This document shows positions 1 through 8,113 of a stretch of 64,000 nucleotides of DNA, one piece after another. Under the pieces are notes generated by a model. It saw nothing but the letters and a program-made list of their open reading frames with translations. It searched no databases and had not been told where the DNA came from. The position numbers and the translations under genes were made by a program. The stretch lies in the IMG/VR virus record IMGVR_UViG_3300042901_002340; one strand, 5' to 3'. The DNA comes from a virus (taxonomy: Duplodnaviria; Heunggongvirae; Uroviricota; Caudoviricetes). Positions within the stretch are counted from its first letter, which is position 1; the number at the start of each line of letters is the position of its first letter.

Positions 1-364
1 TAATTTTTCTGCTAAGTACTCAGAGTAAGCTATACCTTTATCTAAGTTTTCACCAAGATACTCAGAATAAGAAATACCTTTATCTAAGTTTTCCGCTAAA
101 TACTCAGAGTATTGAATATTCTGATCCAATTTCTCAGCAAGATATTTAGTATACTCTATACCTTTATCTGTTGATTCAGCAACATACTCAGTATAAGAGA
201 TCGATTTATCAACATTTTCAGCTAAATATTTAGAGTAAGAAATATTCTTATCTAAGTTTTCAGCAAGATATTTACTATAGCTTATACTTTCATCTAAGTT
301 TTCAGCAAGATATTCACCATATTTAATAGCGTTATCCAAATTCTCAGCTAAATACTCAGAATAT
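1..364 (-). repeat. About 9 tandem 42-bp / 14-aa repeats, consensus YSEYLAENLDKxIS
   Basis: YSEYLAENLDNAIK, YGEYLAENLDESIS, YSKYLAENLDKNIS, YSKYLAENVDKSIS, YTEYVAESTDKGIE, YTKYLAEKLDQNIQ, YSEYLAENLDKGIS, YSEYLGENLDKGIA, YSEYLAEKL (truncated by the edge). Confidence 0.95.
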
Positions 365-1254
365 TTTTCTAACTTAGCAACTCTTTCTTCAAGGTTTGAA
401 TTTTTATCTTCAAAGCTAGATTCTGTTAATACTTGCTTTTGTTCTTTAATTTCTGCAATTTTAGAATTCATTGCTTCCATTTCTTTTTTCAAGAAAACAG
501 AATATTGGTTTAATTCTTCTGCAGTCACAAATTCATTATTCTCCATGAGGATCGTCTTATTTTTATCTGATTTTGATACGAGATTATTAAATTCTTCGTT
601 ATTTTCAACTTTATATATCTTCACACCTGAATCATTTTTTAGACCTAATGATTCATTTACACAAAGAAGATCGTTAGTAACACTTTTATTTCTCATTTCG
701 AAGAAATCACTAAAATGATAACCAGCGCTTTCGTAAACTCTTTCTAGTTGTGCATCCTGAAATCCAGGATCAGCAACTAGATCATATGTGAATATTTTTT
801 TAATTTGAACTTTCTTATCGTTACCAACGGAACCAGCTGCTCTGGAAGAAATAGATAAGGGTACTCCAGCATCAACAAGATTCTTAGCTATCTGTCCCAT
901 AGGTGTATCTAAGAGTCTAACCTTAATTTTAATTTCTCTCCCTCCCTTATCATAATCGAGTTTCTCAATTATGTGTGAAATGTTCTTAAGAGAGACATCA
1001 AATTTTTCAGGGTGATCCAATTCACCAACTAATCTTCTTTGAGCTATTTTCTCATTAAGGTAGTTCAAGTGGGGAAGATATTCAGCTTCTTCGTAGATTC
1101 TATTGTTGTTGTTTTCCTTTCCGAAAACAGCAGCAGTACCTTCTAGTACATAATCATCGTTGTCTGTCCTTGAAGATTCGAGAACGGATGATTGTCTCTC
1201 CAGAATGAAAACCAATTCTTCGTTTAAATTTTTAGTTGTTGGCATTTTATACAT
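1..1254 (-). CDS. T4 gp21-type prohead protease fused to C-terminal scaffold-like repeat region (runs off window edge; alternative start 1245)
   Basis: Not in ORF track; hand-translated open frame MYKMPTTKNLNEELVFILERQ...NNNNRIYEE...LVGELDHPE...LLDTPMGQIA...ISSRAAGSV...TYDLVADPGF. These are the gp21 signature motifs, followed by coiled-coil and 14-aa repeats. Confidence 0.9.
   Translation of the reverse strand, partial: MYKMPTTKNLNEELVFILERQSSVLESSRTDNDDYVLEGTAAVFGKENNNNRIYEEAEYLPHLNYLNEKIAQRRLVGELDHPEKFDVSLKNISHIIEKLDYDKGGREIKIKVRLLDTPMGQIAKNLVDAGVPLSISSRAAGSVGNDKKVQIKKIFTYDLVADPGFQDAQLERVYESAGYHFSDFFEMRNKSVTNDLLCVNESLGLKNDSGVKIYKVENNEEFNNLVSKSDKNKTILMENNEFVTAEELNQYSVFLKKEMEAMNSKIAEIKEQKQVLTESSFEDKNSNLEERVAKLEKYSEYLAENLDNAIKYGEYLAENLDESISYSKYLAENLDKNISYSKYLAENVDKSISYTEYVAESTDKGIEYTKYLAEKLDQNIQYSEYLAENLDKGISYSEYLGENLDKGIAYSEYLAEKL
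612..619 (-). promoter_or_regulatory. Putative late promoter GATATATA inside protease gene, 66 nt upstream of in-frame ATG at 546
   Basis: Exact match to the octamer found upstream of structural genes. Confidence 0.55.
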
Positions 1255-1268
1255 ATTTTTATGTTACT

Positions 1269-1276
1269 TATATATC
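1269..1276 (-). promoter_or_regulatory. Putative late promoter GATATATA (prohead protease)
   Basis: Recurrent octamer upstream of virion genes. Confidence 0.75.
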
Positions 1277-1313
1277 AACGGATATATCAGTATTTTTTCG
1301 ATTTTTTATCGAA

Positions 1314-4073
1314 TTATTGAAATTTTATTCTATCCTCCACTTCTTTAGCGAATTTTTTAGCAATTTGGAATGCTTCTCCGTCCTGAACTTCGTAGGTTTT
1401 TACTGTATTAAACATCGGAGCATACCTATTTTTAAGCTTAACCTTTATCACTTCACCCTGTCCATTCATAAAAGTTTTAGCTAAAGTTACTGCTTTCCAA
1501 GTAGGTATTCCGAGTACCTCTTTCTCTTTATCTGTAAGGAACTCATCAACAATATTTATACCACCCTTAAAGTTTTTATCTCTTATGACGGTAGCATTCT
1601 TTCTGTTTTTAATACTGATATCATCAGGATCAGCGGTAATGAAATAATCATCCTTATTTGGTGTATTCTCATCGTTACCAGTATCTACATCTTCGTCATC
1701 CTTTTTATCCAGTTCTGGATTTACCTCAGGTTCAGTTTTTACTTTCTCCTCCTCCTTCTCTTTCTCCTTGTATTCATAAACTCCTCTTCTAGGATCTATT
1801 AGAGTTTCGACTGTACTTACCCCAACTTCTATACTTGATCCCTCCTTAGCATCAAAATCATCCGGACCTATGATAAAATACTTATATCCAGTATCTGATG
1901 CTGCATATTTTCTATCCGCTGGATTTGCATATTCCATATCAGTTATGACATAAACAGCAACCTTAGCCGGTCCTGATGCTTCCTCAGGTGTCAGTATTAA
2001 TGTGTCCTCACCTTCCTTCTCGTTCAATTGGGAATATTCTGGTAATTTTCCGGTAGAATTTACATATTCAAGAACATCCTCAAATTCAGCGAATTTTCTT
2101 ATAACTAATCCTTTCTTATTTGTTTCATTAACCATGGGGGTTAACCAAAGATCTCTATTGTTTTCAGAGTCATTAACATTGGAAGATCCGGTTGCACCTT
2201 TTTTCTCTTTGAATTTATCGAGATCTTTTATGTCTTCCTTCTTATTTTTCTCCTCCTTCTTAGGCTTTGTATTGTTCACCTTTTTATTGCCACTAGCAAA
2301 CATTTCTTGTATATCTTCACTACTTTTAGATCCAAGTTGTTCATCAGTAAGCAATTTACCAGCAGCATTAACGTAATCATTCTGGGTTGTTTGGTAATAG
2401 TATTCATAGGTCTCTGGAGCATCACCATCGGAAACTATATACTGGTCTGATGCATTATCATAATACTCCATAAGTGTAGTCCAGTCACATATTCCCATAA
2501 AATTAAAACTTGATGCTATCTTTTCAGGTTCGTCCATATAAGCTACCTCTACGTCCATATCTTCGTTATCGAAAGCTCTTGTTATCGTATTAAGAACACC
2601 TTCCTGCGCATTTATAGGGCCATTCTTAATTGATACCAGAACTGCAGCATGATTTGATAAGGCTTTCTGATATTCTTTAGAGTTAATTGCTGTTAATATA
2701 AATATGGAGGAGGATCCATCGTTAGATTTTCCAATCTTAAATAACTGAGCAGTTGTTCTTGTATCATTATTATAAAGGAAGCTGGTAGCTATACCAAGAC
2801 CTGTTCCTGCTGGTTGTCTCCAACATATGGTAATTTCTGTACCATCAGCAATTTTTCCAGGATCAAATTCTTTGTTGCCTTTACCAGGTGCAATTGTGTC
2901 CTCTATTTCTGTCCATTTTGGGGCTTGGTTGTCACTAAACCAGTTAAATGTTGATCCAATCGCATCAATCGCAAGTAGAACCTCGCCAACAAATGGTATC
3001 CATCTAGCAGCTCCTTTAGCACCACCAACAGCAGCAATTTTTGTCGCTCCTCTACTAAATCCTCTCGCTATAACCTTAGAGGCTGGACTCTTTATTGCAT
3101 ATACTCCAGCTTTTCCAGTTATTGCTGCCTTAGTTCCAAGGTAGGCACCTTTAGCTGCATTTCTTATATTTTTAAATTTAGCAAGATCAACCAATCCACT
3201 TCCTAAAACTTTGATTCTACTTATTCCACCAGCTCCTACTTTCTTAAGAAAAGATCCGGCCTTTCCTAAAGCTCCACCAGTTCTTGCAACCTGAGCTCCC
3301 CCAGCTGCTGGGGCAAGATCAGATATTTTCTTTAAAGCATATGCTCCAGCCAGCGAATAACCAGCTCTTCTCAATATAGCCCAGGTTACACCTACACCTG
3401 CACCTATAGCTGCATACTCTCCAGCTGTTTTTAGCATGTCTGCAATTAATTGTTGCATGTTTGTATCAGGATCAACAGGACCACCAGGAAGAGATTCCTT
3501 AATGGAAACTATTTTTACCTTGGAATCTGCTGATCCAGGAAGACCTACCATTTTAAAAGCTTTTAATGTCTCGTCTATGCTCGTCTTTGTTTCTGGATCG
3601 TCCATACTAACAAAAACAGCTTTTTCTATTCCGTTTGGAAGATCAGAATCAACTGATGTGATATCATTTAATTTTCCATCGGCTTTTAGTTTATTATATG
3701 CATAATGAAATTTTATACCAATTTTAGCTTCGTCAGATATTGCAGGGTCAGCATACTCGTTAATTGCATCGTACTCATTGAATGATAGAACATCAGACTC
3801 GTTAGTATCGCTACCAAAATTATAATAACCACTATTTTCCTTTATAAGATCGGTTAACGTGCTCCCGTATTTGGTCATTTCCTCAGAATCAGCTACCCAT
3901 GATCTCTTATTTTTATCTAGCCATTTTTTAAACTCGCTAGACTCTGCCCACCACTGGAAATCGTCAAATGTCTTTTTTTCCGGATTAAGCTCGGAAAGAT
4001 CCGTAGGTATGCTTATCATTGGAAATTCATCACCGATTTTATATTTTCCCGATTTAGGTAAAATTATATTCAT
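1314..4073 (-). CDS. 919-aa hypothetical virion protein with Gly/Ala/Lys-rich amphipathic and hydrophobic segment (possible ejection/membrane-channel protein)
   Basis: Long ORF; AAIGAGVGVTWAIL and ARWIPFVGEVLLAIDAIG segments; GATATATA at 4139-4146 upstream. Confidence 0.55.
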   Translation of the reverse strand: MNIILPKSGKYKIGDEFPMISIPTDLSELNPEKKTFDDFQWWAESSEFKKWLDKNKRSWVADSEEMTKYGSTLTDLIKENSGYYNFGSDTNESDVLSFNEYDAINEYADPAISDEAKIGIKFHYAYNKLKADGKLNDITSVDSDLPNGIEKAVFVSMDDPETKTSIDETLKAFKMVGLPGSADSKVKIVSIKESLPGGPVDPDTNMQQLIADMLKTAGEYAAIGAGVGVTWAILRRAGYSLAGAYALKKISDLAPAAGGAQVARTGGALGKAGSFLKKVGAGGISRIKVLGSGLVDLAKFKNIRNAAKGAYLGTKAAITGKAGVYAIKSPASKVIARGFSRGATKIAAVGGAKGAARWIPFVGEVLLAIDAIGSTFNWFSDNQAPKWTEIEDTIAPGKGNKEFDPGKIADGTEITICWRQPAGTGLGIATSFLYNNDTRTTAQLFKIGKSNDGSSSIFILTAINSKEYQKALSNHAAVLVSIKNGPINAQEGVLNTITRAFDNEDMDVEVAYMDEPEKIASSFNFMGICDWTTLMEYYDNASDQYIVSDGDAPETYEYYYQTTQNDYVNAAGKLLTDEQLGSKSSEDIQEMFASGNKKVNNTKPKKEEKNKKEDIKDLDKFKEKKGATGSSNVNDSENNRDLWLTPMVNETNKKGLVIRKFAEFEDVLEYVNSTGKLPEYSQLNEKEGEDTLILTPEEASGPAKVAVYVITDMEYANPADRKYAASDTGYKYFIIGPDDFDAKEGSSIEVGVSTVETLIDPRRGVYEYKEKEKEEEKVKTEPEVNPELDKKDDEDVDTGNDENTPNKDDYFITADPDDISIKNRKNATVIRDKNFKGGINIVDEFLTDKEKEVLGIPTWKAVTLAKTFMNGQGEVIKVKLKNRYAPMFNTVKTYEVQDGEAFQIAKKFAKEVEDRIKFQ

Positions 4074-4081
4074 AATTCAAA

Positions 4082-4897
4082 TTATTTTTCTGTGTAAATT
4101 TTATCGTATGATTTAGATATGGTATCTATCAATTTTTCTATATATCCCTCATTTCTTAGCTTTTTGAAGACTAAATTTCCTATAGACATCTCGCCATCTC
4201 TGGAAAGACTTTCTTTCCTCATTTTTTGGATCTTATCCTTAAGTTTAAGACATCTTTTATATAATGACTTGGCATTACTTGGTAGATCCGAAAGATCCCT
4301 TAATTTTGTTTGTAATTTGTCTATTTCGGAAGAAATTGAATCATATTTTTTATCAACATCCATCTCATCTATAACGGGGGGATTAAAAATGGGAGTTTTT
4401 ATCCATTCATTATTAAGTAATGAAAATAAACCACTGGAATCATGAGGTTCGTCCTCGCTCTGTAGATATAGCTCGGTGTCATAGCCTCTAATAGATATGT
4501 TATGTCTAAGATTCCATATAAATCTTATACCATCTATAGCAGCTTTAAGTATCTTAGGATTCTCGTCATCTATACCTTCCAGATTTACAAGAACATGTAC
4601 ATCAAGATCCGAGAAGTTTGTGTAATTATAGTTAGATAGAGATCCGGTTAATTGGATATCCTTTATAACTCTCCCCTTAAGTAGTTCGGGAAATTTTTCG
4701 TAGAAGTCTTTAGCTATTCTTAGAAGCTTCCTTCTAACTCTTTGGTCAAATACCCATTCGATACGACCTTCCTTATCCCTTTTCTTTTTCCAAAAAATAG
4801 GGTTTAGTTCATCGTGGTAAAAAGCACCAACCTCCTTCTCGAAGATCTCTTTACCATCATTTTCTATAAATAAATTAAAATTGTATATTTTGTCCAC
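4082..4897 (-). CDS. Pol-beta superfamily nucleotidyltransferase
   Basis: LTGSLSNYNYTNFSDLDVHV = hG[S]x9-13DhD motif; third acidic residue in DTELY; GTG start. Confidence 0.8.
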   Translation of the reverse strand: MDKIYNFNLFIENDGKEIFEKEVGAFYHDELNPIFWKKKRDKEGRIEWVFDQRVRRKLLRIAKDFYEKFPELLKGRVIKDIQLTGSLSNYNYTNFSDLDVHVLVNLEGIDDENPKILKAAIDGIRFIWNLRHNISIRGYDTELYLQSEDEPHDSSGLFSLLNNEWIKTPIFNPPVIDEMDVDKKYDSISSEIDKLQTKLRDLSDLPSNAKSLYKRCLKLKDKIQKMRKESLSRDGEMSIGNLVFKKLRNEGYIEKLIDTISKSYDKIYTEK

Positions 4898-4934
4898 AAA
4901 AAAAGCTTTCCTTTATATATCCAAGGAAAGCTTT
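4898..4934 (-). terminator. Intrinsic terminator whose loop holds the late promoter octamer
   Basis: Perfect 12-bp stem aaagctttcctt (4902-4913) / aaggaaagcttt (4923-4934), loop tatatatcc, U-tract on - strand. Confidence 0.75.
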
Positions 4935-4951
4935 AATGTATTTGATTATTT

Positions 4952-5650
4952 TTAGAAGCAGACTTTCTGAAGAACATCCATCACTGTTCTGACGTCAATC
5001 TCACAATAATCCTTTATTTCTTCATATGCTTGATTGTTCCAAAAGTATTCATTAACTTTCGACCCGTCCATATTTTCTTTAGGAGATTTAACACCAAGAG
5101 AACACGAGAGAAGATCAAGACTTAGATATTTTTGTTGCGTCCAACTACCGAATGCAAAAACATCGGATGTATCAATGTATGGAATTTCCCAAGGTTTTTT
5201 ATCCCAGACTTGTAGATTCATCGATGGGTTTATTCCATTATAAACCATTCTCTTACCAAGGCAAGGAACATCGAAACCTTTTATATTATGTCCGCATAAT
5301 TTGAAATTTTTTGCCATCGCATTATTGAACACCTTATTACTTTTTTCAAGTATATCGATCTCGTCGACACCATAAAAAGATTTAAAAACTTTCTCACCGT
5401 TACTAAAAGAACCAAAAGAAACACAAACAATTCTGGAGAATTCGGGTTCAAGTGATGCTTTAGCTAAATAAACATCATCATCACTCCAATGGGATATCTC
5501 AGGATTAGCTCCTCTGTAATAAGTAGCTCTTTTTTTCCAAAGCTCAGCAAGTCTTGGATTTTTTTTCTGTAGTGTAACAAGATTCTTCTCAGAGCAAACA
5601 GTTTCTACATCAAAGTAGAGGTAATTCTCTATTGTTTCTAATTTAAACAT
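4952..5650 (-). CDS. Stand-alone DEDDy 3'-5' exonuclease (PolB-exonuclease-like)
   Basis: ExoI FDVETV, ExoII GHNIKGFDVP, ExoIII YCEIDV. Confidence 0.85.
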   Translation of the reverse strand: MFKLETIENYLYFDVETVCSEKNLVTLQKKNPRLAELWKKRATYYRGANPEISHWSDDDVYLAKASLEPEFSRIVCVSFGSFSNGEKVFKSFYGVDEIDILEKSNKVFNNAMAKNFKLCGHNIKGFDVPCLGKRMVYNGINPSMNLQVWDKKPWEIPYIDTSDVFAFGSWTQQKYLSLDLLSCSLGVKSPKENMDGSKVNEYFWNNQAYEEIKDYCEIDVRTVMDVLQKVCF

Positions 5651-5665
5651 AATTATATTTTTCTA

Positions 5666-5697
5666 CAAATATAATTAATTATCACGAAAATAAAAAA
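5666..5697 (-). promoter_or_regulatory. Putative early promoter: T-tract...CG-N11-TATATTTG (Bacteroidota -7 element)
   Basis: TAnnTTTG at 5673-5666; CG exactly 11 nt upstream; same layout at 3 other sites. Confidence 0.75.
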
Positions 5698-6603
5698 TTA
5701 TTTCTTTGAAATTTTATTGATAACAGTTGGTGGAAGTCCTCTATGGGATTTTAAATACCCCAGATAACACAACTCTCTATTTGGTGAATCTATTATAACA
5801 TCCAGATCTAATCCAAAAGTAGGTATCCTCATTGTTAATGATTCGGAACAATCTGGAGATAAAGCCTTTCCGTTATCATCAACATCAGATGCTTCGGAAT
5901 GGAAAAAGAATGGCTTCGTATTAACCTTCCATGTAGAAGCAGCAAGAAACATGGCCTCCCTTATCGATAATCCTCCATCATTAAACTGATGTGGTAATAT
6001 TCTAAAACATAGAGGTATCCCAGTTTCGTAATAAACACCGGATAATAAATCTGTTATAGAGAAAAGACTTGGCTTTTCGTCATTCATAACAGTTAATCTT
6101 TTTATCGTTGATTGGTTCAACCTATTAACAACGGTGCAGAATTCTTTCATCGTTTTCTTTCTATTCCCATATGCTGATCCTATCCTTATAACTATGGAAG
6201 GACCATTCATACCAATAACTTCCATTACTTCCGATAACTTATTTAAAAGTTTAATTGTTTTTTCTCTAACCTCATTCAATTGGCTTCCAAGAAAGTAATC
6301 CTTACCTATAAAAAATATAACCCTCATGGAGCTTTTATTTATTATTGAATTTATCTCGTTGATTTTTTCGGATATTATTGGATCTTCCTCCTCTATAAAA
6401 TTGCTATTTATAAATTCGGTTGTCATCTCCAATTCACCAAGATTTAAGCAAACAATTCTGGAGGATATTTTAGAATTGATTATGCACAGTGCTAGAATAA
6501 GATCGAGGATATCCTCATATGAGTATATCCTCTTATCTGTTGTTATTGATTTCTTGGGAATACCAAGATACGATATATTTGCTTGATTGTGTCCGAATAT
6601 CAT
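5698..6603 (-). CDS. UV-damage endonuclease (UvsE/UVDE) homolog, catalytic residues degenerate
   Basis: RIGSAYGNRKKTMKEFC, RLTVMNDEK, GIPLCF, LAASTW and HSE follow the UvsE layout. Confidence 0.75.
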   Translation of the reverse strand: MIFGHNQANISYLGIPKKSITTDKRIYSYEDILDLILALCIINSKISSRIVCLNLGELEMTTEFINSNFIEEEDPIISEKINEINSIINKSSMRVIFFIGKDYFLGSQLNEVREKTIKLLNKLSEVMEVIGMNGPSIVIRIGSAYGNRKKTMKEFCTVVNRLNQSTIKRLTVMNDEKPSLFSITDLLSGVYYETGIPLCFRILPHQFNDGGLSIREAMFLAASTWKVNTKPFFFHSEASDVDDNGKALSPDCSESLTMRIPTFGLDLDVIIDSPNRELCYLGYLKSHRGLPPTVINKISKK

Positions 6604-6619
6604 CTATAGGGTTTCTTAT

Positions 6620-6647
6620 TTGTACTATAAATGATTGGATTGGTTTC
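6620..6647 (-). promoter_or_regulatory. Putative middle (ECF-type) promoter GAAAC-N17-GTACAA
   Basis: Shared bipartite motif with fixed spacing at 9 intergenic sites. Confidence 0.65.
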
Positions 6648-6649
6648 TT

Positions 6650-7129
6650 CTAAACGTTGTTTTCTTGTCCTAATTCACTAGAACCATATACACTTTTAGA
6701 ATTATAAACAGATCCTGGTAATTCACTAGCCTTAGATTTAGATATGGTTTCCATGTTACCATGATCTCCACCGTCTACAAATTTTATGCAGTCAGATTTT
6801 ATTTCTATGACTTTTTTGCTTTTTTTACCCTTTAGTTGCGCTTGGATAAAATATCTGTATTGCTGATTGTCCGGGTTTCTAAAACATCTAACAATAACAC
6901 CAATAACCTTTTTCTTTGAATCAATCGGTTGTGATTCAACTACATCACCAAGTTGAAACTCTGAGCCTTTTACTGTTCTATCAACGTTTGGATCCGGACC
7001 AACAGAAACCGATAAATCGCTATAAGGTTTATAACTAACCTTCATAACTCCATTTCCACTTCCTAATCCATAGGTGTCACCAAATACTCCCCCGTCAAGG
7101 TATTCATATATGCTCTTAATGTGTTTCAT
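6650..7129 (-). CDS. Hypothetical protein with SH3/KOW-like domain and capsid-targeting-like N-terminus
   Basis: MKHIKSIYE N-terminus; FQLGDVVE...VIGVIV. Confidence 0.5.
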   Translation of the reverse strand: MKHIKSIYEYLDGGVFGDTYGLGSGNGVMKVSYKPYSDLSVSVGPDPNVDRTVKGSEFQLGDVVESQPIDSKKKVIGVIVRCFRNPDNQQYRYFIQAQLKGKKSKKVIEIKSDCIKFVDGGDHGNMETISKSKASELPGSVYNSKSVYGSSELGQENNV

Positions 7130-7142
7130 TTGTAGTTTTATT

Positions 7143-7679
7143 TTAATTCTGATCTTTCTGTAGGTTGATCACATCTCTTATTTTAGCTGCAAGCTCAAAT
7201 TTCTCATCACCCAAAGCTTTATTTAACATTTTATCTAAAGTATCAGAATCGGTAATTTCTGCATCCTGCTTATTTTTCAGATTATTAGCTATAATATACA
7301 TTCTCTGTGGTGAATATATAACCTCGAGAGTTGGATCTAAAACAAGATCACTGATCAAATCTTCTCCCTCCTCCTCCATTTCTTCCTTTATCTCGTTTAG
7401 GTATTCCTCGGTCCATACTGGATTATTCCAAAAGATCATCCAATATCCATATATAAGTTCTGGTATATTGTTATCTATGACATATTTAAGAAGACTTTTC
7501 AGTTCATTTTTTAGATCATTCTTAGTTATACCGTCAGCAAATGCTTTTCTTTTAACCCCAGGAATAACTGATACTCCGTCGCCAACTCCATGTTTAAAAC
7601 ATTTGTTAACCTCAAATATGACATCCCAATCCATCCCAGAAAGGATCTTGTCGATTATTTTATCAGTTTCCTTTTTCAT
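7143..7679 (-). CDS. Hypothetical protein with C-terminal UVR (UvrB/UvrC) coiled-coil motif
   Basis: LDKMLNKALGDEKFELAAKIRDVI; GATATATA at 7684-7691 directly upstream. Confidence 0.7.
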   Translation of the reverse strand: MKKETDKIIDKILSGMDWDVIFEVNKCFKHGVGDGVSVIPGVKRKAFADGITKNDLKNELKSLLKYVIDNNIPELIYGYWMIFWNNPVWTEEYLNEIKEEMEEEGEDLISDLVLDPTLEVIYSPQRMYIIANNLKNKQDAEITDSDTLDKMLNKALGDEKFELAAKIRDVINLQKDQN

Positions 7680-7690
7680 CCTCTATATAT

Positions 7691-8113
7691 CTATTTTTTT
7701 AAACCTATCTGATCAGAAACATCTATCATCCAAGCGTTATATTTATCCGGATAGAATTCTTTTAATTGGGAAAGATCCCTTCTGGATATCCTATATCTAT
7801 CACAGATAAAAATTTCAACCTCACTATAATCAGAGGTTTTAGTTTTTTTCCCCACACTTTCCTTCTTTATTGTTTTAGTGTATATCCAGGATGGGGGTTT
7901 GGAAAATCTATTTGATAATGTATTCCTCCACCAATCGACCACAAAATGAGGGGTTACTCTCATTTTGTTAAATTGGTTTGCCTGTACTGGAAACTGTATA
8001 GACATGATTCTATTTATCATGAAGAAGTTTCGTGTCTTATCGTTCTTGCCGACTGAATCCCAGGTTCTTTGATTTTTTGAGAATATATTTTTTACTATAT
8101 CAAAAAGCTCCAT
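7691..8113 (-). CDS. Probable clamp-loader small subunit (gp62-like)
   Basis: FMINRIMS...ANQFN...SWI...K pattern resembles gp62; same operon as the gp44 homolog. Confidence 0.5.
   Translation of the reverse strand: MELFDIVKNIFSKNQRTWDSVGKNDKTRNFFMINRIMSIQFPVQANQFNKMRVTPHFVVDWWRNTLSNRFSKPPSWIYTKTIKKESVGKKTKTSDYSEVEIFICDRYRISRRDLSQLKEFYPDKYNAWMIDVSDQIGLKK

Noticed and set aside
1-364. 42-bp periodic repeats as a CRISPR array
   Set aside because: Degenerate, in-frame, no unique spacers; they encode a 14-aa protein repeat.
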